DNA of 64,000 bases from contig NC_068983.1 of NCBI RefSeq assembly GCF_001194135.2, positions 98,943,420 to 99,007,419 on the forward strand. Reading direction: 5' to 3'. A program made the position numbers and the translations under genes. The notes under the pieces are model-generated. The model saw nothing but the letters and a program-made list of their open reading frames with translations. It did not search any database and was not told the origin of the DNA. Of the stretch, positions 11,035-24,200 are shown one piece after another; within the stretch, counting starts at the first letter, position 1; each line of letters starts with the position of its first letter. Origin of the DNA: Octopus bimaculoides. Taxonomy: Eukaryota.

Positions 11035-14000
11035 GTAACTCATGTTTAATTTTGCATATTTATTAAAATAGTCATTAAAAATAACCAGTTCTTGGCATCC
11101 TAATCTCATCAATTGAATAAATTCGTGGATTATAGAACACAATACAATTTCTTAGAGAATATTTTTATTCTTCACTGAAAGAGAAAACTTGGTCATTTTT
11201 ATTTTTCTTACATGTGTGAAAACAAAATACATGTGAAATGACTACTAACATGGGAGATACAAGTTTGCATTAGTCCCATTAGCAATTTAAATTATTTTAC
11301 ACAAGTAATTAAACATCTAAAATGGTTTATTGTTAATAAAGTTACCATTTTTCTGACTATCAAGGCTCATTTTTAAAGTTCATTTTGACCATCATCAAGT
11401 TTCATATTCATGAAACAGTACCATATTAGATTCAAACTCAAAAACTCCTATTCTTGGGTAGTAATGCTCTTATCCAGTGTCAGTAATGCTAGTACATTTA
11501 ATGACACATTTTTAGGCTATTTAAATTCATTTTTCTAGTAAAGACAGTCATATCTGAAGCTGATGAGAGGACTAAACTAACTGGGTTTTAGCAAAAATAA
11601 AAACGGCTTCTTTGATTTTTGTAAGCTTACAATACAATCCTCTATCAATTACATTCTATTGTGGTATAATATTTCCATTTATCATACTATATATGTTTTC
11701 ATTAAGTCTTTTTAATCTTCCTCTATTCTGAGCCTCCAGTTTTTCTTTTGCATAACCTAAAATGTAACTTTAAATTATTAAAATGTAATAGTAAGTGTAC
11801 TTAAGGTGACAAGTTGACAGAATTGGGCAAAATGTTTCACCATATTTCGTCCATCTTTATGTTGAGTTCAAATTTCACCAAGGTTGACTTTGCTTTTCAT
11901 CCTTTTGGAGTCAATAAAATAAGTGCCATTTTAGCACAGGGGTGATATAATTGACTTACCCACTTCCCCGAAATTGCTAGCCTAGTACCAAAATTTGAAA
12001 CCAATATTAAGTGTACTTTAGTGGTATAGTAGATAAGTATTAATACCCTTAATTTAGAAATAAAAGTTTCCTAATTAAAATCTCATCTGGTACTATGCAC
12101 ATATCCAGGTTTAAAACACCTTGATGATGATTGGATCTGGTCTTCAATTGAAATGTTGTGTAGGTGTAAAAATTAGATATTAAAACAAATGTTTCATCAC
12201 TAAAAATTTTGTTAACAGTATGAAAGTAGTCTCGTATTTTTTACTATTAGATTACTCTATCAAATGTAATGCTTATTGATTCTGCATTATCATGTAACTT
12301 CAAGATTTCAAAGATGTGATTATTTAGTTTTAGAATAACAATGTTGAGTACATGTGGGAAGCCAGGTCCAGTCAATTTGAAAACAAAATTAGATAGAATA
12401 TTTGGGACAGATGTGGCCAATTTAAATGTCAAAGGCTTCAATATAATTTTATTTAATCTGCTTCTCATGATCAAAGCTCTTATAAGAGCATCCTAGACGA
12501 GTAAGATCAACATGTGTAGCTGATGATAAACTTGAGCATCAACAAATCAGGAGAAATGTGAGTGGTCAAAATGTTTGCAACAAAACAAATTCTGTTAAAA
12601 ACATCCAAAGATTAGGTGGTTGTGGATGCTAAACTAAGCTTAAATCAATCCTCAACTTGAGTATTATGTTTTGCTAAATCAAATTTATTTCACTCATTAT
12701 AAGATCAACTCATACAATACAATGCTACATCTGTAGATGGTTCTTCGTAATAGTGGTTGCTTATTTAGGTACAAAGCCAGTAATTTTGATAGCAGGGTTA
12801 GTTGATACCATCAATCCCACTTACGATACTTTAGTTTGTTGCCCACTCCTCAAAGGGATGAAAGGCAAAATTGACTTTGGCAGGATTTGAACTCAGAATG
12901 TAAAGAGCCAGAAAATATGCCCCAAAGCATATTTGTGATACAAACAATTCTGAAAGCTTAACATCTTCATGGTTCTTTAAAATGTACTCTCTTTGTGTCA
13001 AGAATTTTCCCTGAAAAATGGAGCCATTGTGAACATTAGATCTTTCCCACTGTATGTGAGTGGAGGCCTCTGTTAATAATTGAGTCAAATACTTGGAATT
13101 AGGTGTCCTTGCAATTCAATTTCAGGATTGATAAAAATCTGAAAATTGTTTATAACAGTTTACGTTATAAAGTTGTTGTAATGAAATTGGAGCTTTAAAT
13201 CCATTTCAGAACATACAAATTCCTCACAATTTACACACATCAATGGCATTCATATGTTTCAGCAAGACATGATCACCTTCCTCTACTATTGTACAGCTTA
13301 TGATGTATTTAAAATAAAGTTTGAATCAATCTTAACAATTTTGTCCAATAAACCGCATTAAAAACAGGGGGAAATAACTCTGGCAGACTAAAAACACAAT
13401 TTCTTCTGATGAATGTATTATCCAAAGGCAACCGAACCTGTGAATAGCAAAAAGAACGGTTGAAAACTAGTACATTTTCATAAATAATATTATTTGAGAA
13501 AATGATAAGTGTCTTTTAATTAAATGAAGGTTATTTGTTTAAAAGTGAAGCTCAAAACGCAAGCAAGGCCTTTTCACACCAGCACAGTAACACTTAAGTT
13601 AAATTAAATTCATTCTAAGACCAATTCATATGACAATATTAAAATTTCCTAATCTATCATATCCATACCAATATGGAGGGAAAGAAATAAGCATATAATA
13701 TGTAAAAATTGATCTAAAAATGTGTTTTTTTTTAATGTTTAAGATTCACAGAAAAAAAGCATCTAATTCTACATCAGGTATAATCAAGACATTTCAGCGA
13801 TCATCCCTGACTTTATTGAATGCCTGAAATAATGTGACCCTAGATGCACACTGTGTTCTAAACTCTTAAAGCAATATGGTGAAATTTGAGAGATATTCAG
13901 TTACTATTTCAAGCAGGTCAAGCTCCTGTTAAGAGGGATACTCAAAAGTTGTTTTTTTTTAAATGTTTATTACCTGAAGTTTATTAACATCGTTAATGAT

Positions 14001-15269
14001 GAAACATTTCAAAATTTACATTTCCTGGTTTACATTGGTTAAATCTTTGTCTATCATCAAGTGCAGTGCAGCTAGATGTGTATATAGCACAAGACAAAAA
14101 TTTGAACAAGGAATCCTTATTTCTAAATTAAGGATAACATTGCTCTTATCCACTAACACTTGTATATCTTTAAAAAGATTAAGAATATAATTATTACTTG
14201 TGGGACCTGTGAATATTTCATGGAATTAATGGTAAATATATTGGGTTATTTCTGAAAACCTGAAAGCATAGCCTGTGTTGTGTCTGTATCGAAAGATAGT
14301 TGCTCATCTGCTAATCAGTGAAAAGTGAAGGAAATTAGAACATGATGATAACCTAATGCACCTTATATACTTTAAGGACAATTTTATAGACTTAATATAC
14401 AGCTCTCCATCACCCTTCACTCTGTTTCTCTCTACTTTTTCTGTCGCTCTTTGCCTTTCCCTTCAACTAATCACATAAAAGTGTTACTGATGGGCTAAGT
14501 AATGCAGAAAAAAAACTTAGTAAAAAAATAAGTTACACATTTCACTCACCACTACCTCTCCCTCCCCCTTCAACTATTCATGTGGAAGCATTGTGGATGA
14601 GTTAAGTAATGGAGAAACAAGCAGAATTATGATATTTAACAAAAAAGAAAAGATTCAGAGAAAATAGCAGTTAAGAATTACAAAATGAATATTATTATTA
14701 TTATTATAAGGGGTAAGCTGGCAGAAATGTTACAGCATTGGACAAAGTACCATGTGGTATTTTTTCCTACTCATTAAGTTCTGTGTTCAAATTCTGCTGA
14801 CAACTTCGGCTTTCATCTTTCAGGGTCAATAAAATAAATACCAACTGAGAACAAGGGGTGAGGTAATTGGCTTAATCTCCTAAAATCTGCCAGCCCCATA
14901 CCAAAATTTGAAATCTTTATTATCACTATGTAGTTTATTTTCCTACAGATATCAGTCAGATTTACAAAATTCTCTAGGGGCACAAATCTGAAGGGAGGGA
15001 AGAATAATTGATCATATCAATTGCAAAACATGACAGATATATATTTTATAGACCTATAGAAAGTTGCAGAAAGTAAAAAAAAAATGTTTTTAAACCTCAA
15101 CAGGATTTGAACTCAGTGTGTAAAGGGGTGTAATTAAATACAATGTATTATGTCTGATGGGCTATAGATTCTGCCCCTCCTTTGCCCTGATGATTAGTTT
15201 AATAACAGAAATTTCTAAAATGAAAACTACTAAGTAGAACATGTATTTGTGCAAGAATTGTTTAAATCA

Positions 15270-15830
15270 TGGTTATACAGGCATAACAAAAGAGTTTTTA
15301 AGATCAGATGTTTGTAGAAATGTTGATAACCTAGTTCTCATATTAAAGATTTAGAAAAAATTCCAAGTGAGGAATTAAAATCTCGAATTAAAACAGTTCA
15401 AAGTAATCTCAGCCAAGACAAAAATTTTAGTTAGTAAGATGGCTATGCTTGATATGCAGAAAAGGAATTTGCAGGAAGTCCATATCTAATGAAAACTATG
15501 GGTGCACAAGGGATGCAAGTAAAGAAGAAACACTTTGCATGTGGCAGATGTACAATAGGAGTTAGCGGTAATGTAGTCATCAAAGGTTCCAGAATGGTAG
15601 TTGATAGTTTTACTCATCTAAGTGATCTAATTGGCAGCAGAGGTGGCTCTTCTCAAAACATAGTAGCCACAGGCAAGAAAAGAGTGGAAAAAGTTCAAGG
15701 AGCTATTACTTTTGCAGGTAACAAAGAAATCCCTTTTCCAAATGAAGGGTCATTTATATGCTTACGCAAGAAGTGCAATAATGCATGGCAGAAAACAGGG
15801 GCATTGGATGAGAAAGCTATATGAAGGCTA
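15270..15830 (+). mobile_element. Decayed RTE-like LINE, post-RT Cys-rich/C-terminal region
   Basis: KTKILVSK..., FACGRC, VVDSFTHLSDLIGSRGGSSQNIVA resemble the VVDSFCYLGD...GGG segment of such LINEs; frameshifts and stops present. Confidence 0.75.
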
Positions 15831-16726
15831 AAAAGGAAACAAGGCAAGCATGTTCTGCTGGATGTTTTAACCCTTTAGCATTTGAACAGATAATATCTGA
15901 CCAAAATATTCTATCTGTTTTATCTTCAAATCAGCCAGATCTGGCCACTCACACCTACCCTACAATGCCATTTTAAAAATAAGCAATCACATCATTGAAA
16001 TCTCAAAGCTATGAAATAATGCATGATTAATTAAAAAAAATATGAATAAATAAGCATTATGTTTGACATAGTAATCTGAATGTTAAAATTAGTGTGCATC
16101 AACAATGGAGAAAAAAATAAGTCAAGAGAAAAACTGGGTATAAAACATATCAGATTAAAATTTACAGCTAAAAAAGGTAGGTCAACTGACACACCAAGAC
16201 AACTTTGGAGGACCAAAATGTCCATGTGAAATGCAACAGGATTTGGAAACATGGAGACAGTGTTTGAATGTTTATACATGTTTACACTAAACACCAGGTC
16301 GAATTGTATGTCAGAAAATACCATATTAACGCAATATGTAAGAGAGAAGCTTGAGCTGGTGCAGACACATGATGTGCATGGCAGATGACAATTAGGTCAA
16401 AAATGTGCTAAGCAATCTAAGCGGAAGGAATTAATGGAAGAAGAAAATTGAGCAAGACAAAAAGAATTTTCAAGAGGCTGAATCTCACAAAAATTACAAT
16501 GCATGAAAACACAAAGTAAGGTGCTTTACTGAATAAAACCAGTTCAACCCTTCAGACCATGCAAGTATGGGAAAATAAGACTGCATCATGATAAAGATGA
16601 ACTGCTCAAATCTAAAATAATTTCTTTAAATGGAGTTGAAAATAGAGTTAAGTATGTGCCTACCAGAGGAAGATGAATGAATAATCTCAGTAATAACAAC
16701 AAATTTTTAGAAATGTTGGTTTTTTT

Positions 16727-17516
16727 TTTATTTGAAATTATGAAACTGAAGGAAAAATATAAAAAGATGAACATATTTAGTAGACAACTTGTAGAACATA
16801 TTTTAGCTTCAATGTAGGCATCTGTCAATTTGAAAAAGAGAGTTTTCTCATCAGATTGACAGAGTACCATTCCAGCCTGCAAATATTCCTCATTTAAATG
16901 GAGAATCCACAGCATAAATTATTAAATTTAACACAAAATACCATTTAATGTATTTTTTAAAAAATCAATTTATCAGGAACATAAACATTAAAACATTACA
17001 ATAGCACAGGTTGAACAATACCATAGAAGACAAAGAGTCCAAGAGTAACAAAGAAAAAAATATTAATATTCAGAACCCATTATTAAGTGTTATTTCAAAA
17101 TGTTAGGAATGACAAAATGTTAGTTTTGTTGATAAGCAAAAAAGGAAAGAAGTTTTAAAGTGAGAAATGCTGAAGAAATGAAAGATAAACAAGTGTACTG
17201 ACAATCACTCAGAGTTCTAAAGCTGAACTCAACAAGGACTTGCTTTTCAGACATTTTCTTACAGAAACAAAATATCCTTTCATTAAGATGTTCTTTCCAA
17301 AATCCACAGCCATATAACTTTTAATTAAAAGACTTTTATCATTGTTTTCTAACACATTTTCAAACCACTCATTCTGATAAATGTTAAGTACAAAAAAAAA
17401 AATGCTTTTTTTTTTCCTTCTTCTTTGATTTTATAACTTAGATTGAGCAGGGATTCTCTCTCAATAAATTGTCAGCTTAGCAGGCATTCTCCTACTTTGG
17501 AATTTGATATGTGAAC
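16727..17516 (-). other. ERLIN: Probable Erlin 3'UTR terminal exon (3' end uncertain)
   Basis: Acceptor ttatttgttttcag at 17517 downstream of the post-stop donor; AATAAA on the minus strand at 16727-16732. The actual polyadenylation site cannot be fixed from sequence. Confidence 0.5.
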
Positions 17517-18794
17517 CTGAAAACAAATAATAATGATAATTTTTAAAACATGCAGAAGTTTGGTGGCAGGGGGGATGGGGGTATTTTAAATTATATTGAT
17601 CTTAGTATTTGTCGGGTAACTATTTAACATTTAAACAGACCATATCTGGCCCTAATATCCTGCATGTTTTATGCTCAAACTGGCTATATCCTTCCTCTCA
17701 CACTTACTCTACAATGTCATTCTGAAAATAAGTAATCACATCATTGAAATCTCAAAGACACAAGATAATACAGGATTAATTTTTTTAAAAAGTAGATAAA
17801 TAAGCATTACATTTGACAGAATAATCTCAAAGCTAAAGGGTTAATCAACCCAGGAAGTGTTAAAGGCTTAGTCAAACCCAGAATGCAATGCAATGTAACA
17901 AAATACAAGATATTTTATTTGGAGTTCTACCAATTGGTACCAATTATTTTTAACTTCAAAAGTAGGGCACACATTATTGGAGACATCCAGTTCATTTGAG
18001 TACCAAAAATATCCAAAAAGGTTTTTAGCAGAAAGACAGAGGGCAATGTTGATCCTTCCAGGATTTGAACCCAAAACACAAAGGGAATGTTACAAGGTAT
18101 TTTGTATATTAGTCTACTAATACTGAAACTCACCATTTTGATAGTTACAAATCTCTATTACTTACATCTTTGTATCAGCATAGTTAATTGATAAACTCAC
18201 TTCAACTTAGTCCATTTATGAAACTAAAACACCAATAGATCATCCTTCACTTTTGCATTTATCATTCATATTTCACTACCCTAAGCTCATTACCTCTGTT
18301 TCCGTTTGAGAGTGTGCATGTGGGATGGTGGGAAGCCTTTTTGTAGCTAAAATAGGTAATACTGCACTAAACTGGTATATATTTTAATCATGTACAGTAT
18401 AGGCATAGGCGTGGCTGTGTGGTAAAAAGCTTGCTTCTCAACCACATGATTCTGGGTTCAGTCCCACTGCACAACATCTTGGGAAAGTGTCTTCTATTGT
18501 AGCCTTGGACCAACCAAAGCCTTGTGAGTGGATTTGGTAGACAGAAACTAAAAAAAGCCCATTGCATGCATGTGCATGTCTGTCCTCCACCACCACTTGA
18601 CAGCTGGTGTTGGTGTGTTTATGTCCCTATAACTTAGCAGTTCAGCAGAAAAGACTGATAGAATAAGTACAAGGCTTAAAAAATATAAATACTGGACTAG
18701 ATTTTCTTGACTAAAACCCTTCATCTTCATGGCCCACAGTCAAATGACTGAAACAAGTAAAAGATAAAAGAGATTAAAATTATTACTTACACTT

Positions 18795-18953
18795 TCATGA
18801 TGTTTTAGTTGTCGGTGTTTTCACTTCAGCTCGATTTTGGAACGATGGAAATTCAGAAAAATAGTTTGGAATACTATTGCCAAAAAATATTTTGCTATTT
18901 TTCGATAATGCTTGGTATTTCAAGAGTTCCAGATACCGATCAGTTAATTTCCT
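18795..18953 (-). CDS. ERLIN: Erlin coding exon 11 ([13 protein letters not shown]...KTS*); exon continues 4 nt to a donor at 18790
   Basis: atttgtag|AGGAAATTA...ACATCA TGA AAGT|gtaagt. Confidence 0.93.
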   Translation of the reverse strand, partial: RKLTDRYLELLKYQALSKNSKIFFGNSIPNYFSEFPSFQNRAEVKTPTTKTS

Positions 18954-21198
18954 CTACAAATATAAATAAATACAATAAAATAAAATAAAATTATTTAGCT
19001 GAAAGGAAAGCAAAATATTACACATTTATTTTAGATGAAGGAGCAATAAATTATTTGTGTTACAATGCCACAAGACTTACATTAAGAAGAATCATTTCAC
19101 ACCAAACAATGTACTGTTATTAGCCACTTCTGGCTAGAATTAAGAAACATACATTGAGTTAGTTCCACTCACATAGCTGGGGGAAGGGGTGGTTCACCCT
19201 GGGCGGCACTTTTAAAGGGGCACCATGGGTCTGCTGTAGGCAATATGTGTTTTTTGTGGGGGTCTAGGGGCAGCAAATGGAAGGGCCGCCTTGGGTGGCA
19301 CTCATTCTAGCTATGCTAGTGGTTAGTTCCAGTGGTGTATAGTGGTTGTTGTATTGGGTGTGCTGCCACACCCAATACCACCTAATTTCAAGCAGAGGTA
19401 TCACAAAAGTTTTTCATTAAGATTTCTGATTAAATTAATGAGTGAGGTTAATATCTATAATGAATTTGTCAATTTCAATGGGTGTGCAGCGCACACCTAG
19501 CACACCTGGAATATACATCCCTGGTTAGTTTCCTAACACATAATGGTTTCAAATTTTGACACAAGGCCAGCAAGCTTGGGGGAGGGAGTAAGTTGATAAC
19601 ATCAACCCCAGTGCTCAACTCGTACTTATTTTATTGACCCCCAAAAGGATGAAAAGCAAAGCTTGGCAGAATTTGAATATAGAGCATAAAGACAGATGAA
19701 ATGCCACAAAACATTTTGCCCAGCATGCTAATGATTCTACCAGCTTGCCACCTTAAGTCTCCCAACACATAATGAGAAGTAGCAAGGCTGACGTCAGCAA
19801 GTCATCTCAGACCTCTATAATTCTTCAGTTTAAACCTTTTTCTAAACAGCTTTTAATATGTCTTTGGCAGAAGTTTCTAATATTTCTAGAAGACAAAATT
19901 TTGCAATCATCTGCTTCTTATATCATTCGTTTCACATTAAACTACTAAAAACACTATACATTGCTGATTTTCACCAACTACAAAACTAAATTTAAATAGA
20001 CAAAAACTTTTAGTAGAATTTTGCTTTAAGCACCCTATATAACCCCTTATAACTTTTTTTTATTTTATGGGATTTTCAGAAAAGTTTTGTGAATTTGTGA
20101 TAAACACACAGGAGTTCATATGATAATGCAAAAACCAAAAAACAAAGTTTTTGGTGCATGATTTAAGGGTTATTTAGCTGTTATTTTTAGTACATCTCTT
20201 GACCACTTCATACCCTCCTCGTTTGTTTGTCACTCTGATATGTTGATGTTTTTCAATATTTCCTCCTCATAAACACATTTAATAGTCTATTGCTGGGTTT
20301 TAAGCCAAAAATTCAGACTGTTCATATTTTAAATTCTCTTTTTTAAAGAAAATATTCAAAAAATTAAATTTTTTTTCTTTAAATTTCAAAATTTTTTTTA
20401 GAAATTTATTTTTTATAGTCGCATGAACTCGTGTGTGCAGAATACAAATTCACAAAAATTTTCTGAAAATTCCAAAAAATAAAACTTATGAAGGGGATAT
20501 AAGGCATACTTAAACCAAAATTCTGCCAAATTTTCCTTAATTATTACCTCATTTGCTTCAGCCTCTTTTAATGCTTTATAGTATTCTGCATCTGCAAGAA
20601 GTTTTTCTTTATTTAAATGTGTAAGAGCTGTAAAAGAAAATGAAATCATAAACTGATAAAACTGCTAATGCTTAGACACTGAAAAAAAAACTGGAGCTAT
20701 TTTTATGAGGTACAAAAAAAACAAGAGTGATAAAAACCTGTAAAACCATGAAAGTCTCAAAAGACAAAGATAAGTATATGTATTCTTAAAGAGACTGGGC
20801 CTTTCTTTCTAGTACAAAGATGTCAGCAGCACAGTCATGTTAGAAAAACATAAGAAAGATAATTCCAAATCAAAAAACAACACAGCACCTATGACTTTCA
20901 GAAACATCTTTTCACACTCAGAATTGCTGAAGCGTGGAATAAACTACTTGCATCAGTTGTTAACTGTTGAGACACTACATCCTTCAAAATTTTCATGCTT
21001 CCTGAATTTTGCCAACAGTACACCTGACGCCTCCCACTCCCATTTCTTCTTCATCCCTTTTTTAAAATTTCTTTTCTTTGTCTTTAGACTTTTTTACTTG
21101 TTTACTTCCTGTGCATATTCTATATAATGTTCATGCAGTTTTGGTTACTTTTTCTGATGAGTTATAGTGCACCTGAGCACTGTATACAATAAGTTCAT

Positions 21199-21232
<34 letters not shown>

Positions 21233-24200
21233 CATACACACACACACACACACAGACGGAACACACATTATAAACAAAAACTCAAATACAATTATTTAAC
21301 TGTAATATCTACTGATGTATTAGTAAATAATTCAGTGTTTCAGTAAATCAAGATTAGCATGTACTGACTGAGTTTGCTTTGTCTATTTCTGCTACTATAC
21401 AATCAACAGAGCATTCCATTTAGATATATTCAAATTAAAAAATAGACAAAACAATGCATCCAAATTGTCAATGCTGTGTCCCACATGACCACGTACAGCA
21501 AAGTATACTTTGAGATCCACTTATCCAAAAAAGAATTACTTACAGACTGTGGCCATGCTGTGGCACCACCATCTCAATTATGTAGATTAAGTCATCCCCA
21601 ATACTTATTTTATTGACAGGTAAAAATGGCACTGACTGAGATTTGAACTTAGAGAAATATAATTAATTAATTTTTTTCTTCCATTTCCAGTTCATTTTCA
21701 CTAAATATTTCAGTAAAATTGTTACTACCACAATTTATACAGAACTACTTAAGTGAAATAATAGACTGCAATGGTCTGAAATATGCTGACCATTTTACTT
21801 GGAGCTATTAAAGAAATACCAAGAGAGTAATATTTAAATATAAACTATCTTTTGCATGTCTCAGTCATTAGACTGTGGCTATGCTGGGGCACCGCCTTGG
21901 AATTTAAAATATGAACAGTCTGAATTTTTGGCTTAAAACCCAGCAATAGACTATTAAATGTGTTTATGAGGAGGAAATATTGAAAAACATCAACATATCA
22001 GAGTGACAAACAAACGAGGAGGGTATGAAGTGGTCAAGAGATGTACTAAAAATAACAGCTAAATAACCCTAAAATCATGCATCAAAAACTTTGTTTTTTG
22101 GTTTTTGCATTATCATATGAACTCCTGTGTGTAGAACACAAATTCACAAAACTTTTCTTGACAATCAATGCTGGTTTGTTGTTTATGTCCTCATAACTTA
22201 GCAGTTCAGCAAAAGAGACTGATAGAATAAGTACCAGGCTTAAAAAAAAATGAATTGACCTCAGTACTTATTTTTTTTTTTTTAAGCCTGGTACTTATTC
22301 TATCAGTCTCTTTTGCTGAACTGCTAAGTTATGAGGACATAGACAACAAACCAGCATTGATTGTCAAGTGGTGGGAGGAGATGAACACACACACACATGC
22401 ACACAACAAGCTGCTTTCAGTTTCCGTCTACCAAATCCACTCACAAGGCTACAGTTGACTCGAGGTTATAGTAGAAGACACTTGCCCAAGGTGCCATGCA
22501 GTGGGACTGGACCTGGAACAATGTGGTTCGTAAGCAAGCTTCTTACCACACAACCACGTGTAAGTCTTAAATACCCATTAAGTAAAATACAACTCTACTG
22601 TTATTTGAAAGAATTATTTTTACTAAAATTTCTAAATCAACTAAAGCTGTCCTGCAAAACTGAGTTTTCCACTGTCAAGAAGAATGGCATAACTTGAGTA
22701 ATATTGCTAATTTGAAAAATATTTACAAGACAAAAATAGAAAAAGAGAGAAAATGTCAACCATAGAAATAAGTAATAAGAAAATGTTGATTCAAAAGACA
22801 GTTGTTATGTGAGAGGAAATGGAAAACTAGAATATACTTACATTCTATAGCAGCTATTTTTTGTTCTGATTCTTTTTCCATTATTTTTTGCTCCCAGGTA
22901 ATTTTTGCAACCATCTGAGACTTTTCAGCCTCTAAATGAAAATAAAAAATATATTCTTAAATCTTTGATGAAAACAAATATAAGTATTTCTATAGCAGTT
23001 ATACAGTCATCAAGTCAATTACACAGTGTAATACAGACCTCAACTCAATCACCTAGTTAATTAATTATCATACAGTCAAGTCATTCAGTTAGTGAATACC
23101 AGTTATCATCATCATTTAGCATCGGTTTTCCATGTTGGGATGGGTTAGATGGTTTGACTGGAAGTTGTAAACCAGAAAGCTGTACCAGGCTCCAGTCTGA
23201 TTTGGCTTGGTTTCTACAGCTGGATGCCCTTCCTAATGCCACCCACTCCAAGAGTGTAATGGGTGCCTTTTATGTGTCACCAGCATGGGTGACTTTTACA
23301 TGTCACCAGCACTGGCCACAATTGCAATTTCACTTGGCTTGACGTGTCTTCTCAAGCACAGCAAATCATCAAAGGTCTCAATCAATTCAATCTGTCAGTA
23401 AGTACCAAACTGTTGTAGTCAGGGAAATGAGTACCAGTCCTATAGCTAACAAGGCAATCATAACAGCTATACAGTCAAGTCAGCCACCTAGTTATCCAGT
23501 AACCAAGTCAATCACTTAATGTGTAGGTGTTATATTAGACACGAAGTCACTTACTCAGGAAGCACCAGTTATACAGCAATCAAGACAATCTATCAGGAAT
23601 TAACAATAACATAATCACCAAGCCAATCGACCAGCTACTAAAGTCATCAAGTGAGTCACTCAATCAATGGATCTTACAAAGACAGCAAGACAATCCATCA
23701 AAGTACTAGTTACATAATCAATTAAATCATTTAATAAGTACTAGTTATGTAGTCACCAAATCAATCAATCAAGATGTAGGTGCTACACAATCAAGTCAGT
23801 TACCCTAAGTATCAGTTATACAGATATCAAATCAGGGAAACACTGTTAAAAAAAGGCCTTTTTAACCCTTCAGCATTCAGATTTATCTGTCAAATGCAAT
23901 GCTTACTCATTCACATTGTTTTGAATTAATCATGCATCATCATGCAGCTTTGCGATTTTCATGATGTCAGTGCTTATTTTCAGAAGGACCTTGTAGGATA
24001 GGTGTGAGAGGTTGCCTTTAGTTGGTTTGAACATAAAAACAGGAAGAATATTTAGGCTGGATACAGCCAGTTTGAGAAAGAACCAATTGGAGTAATGGTT
24101 TCAAATTTTGGCACAAGGCCAGCATTTTATGAAGTGGGGTTAGTCCATTACAATGATGCCAGTGCTCAACTGGTACTTATTTTATCAATCCTAAAATGCT

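Noticed and set aside
16586-16915. 109-aa ORF downstream of Erlin as an extra coding exon
   Set aside because: No erlin similarity, low-complexity composition, and it lies past the stop codon in the probable 3'UTR.
21140-21190. CTGATGAG followed by a hairpin (also at ~24975-25020) as a hammerhead
   Set aside because: No GAAA follows the hairpin; it looks like a retroelement 3' tail.
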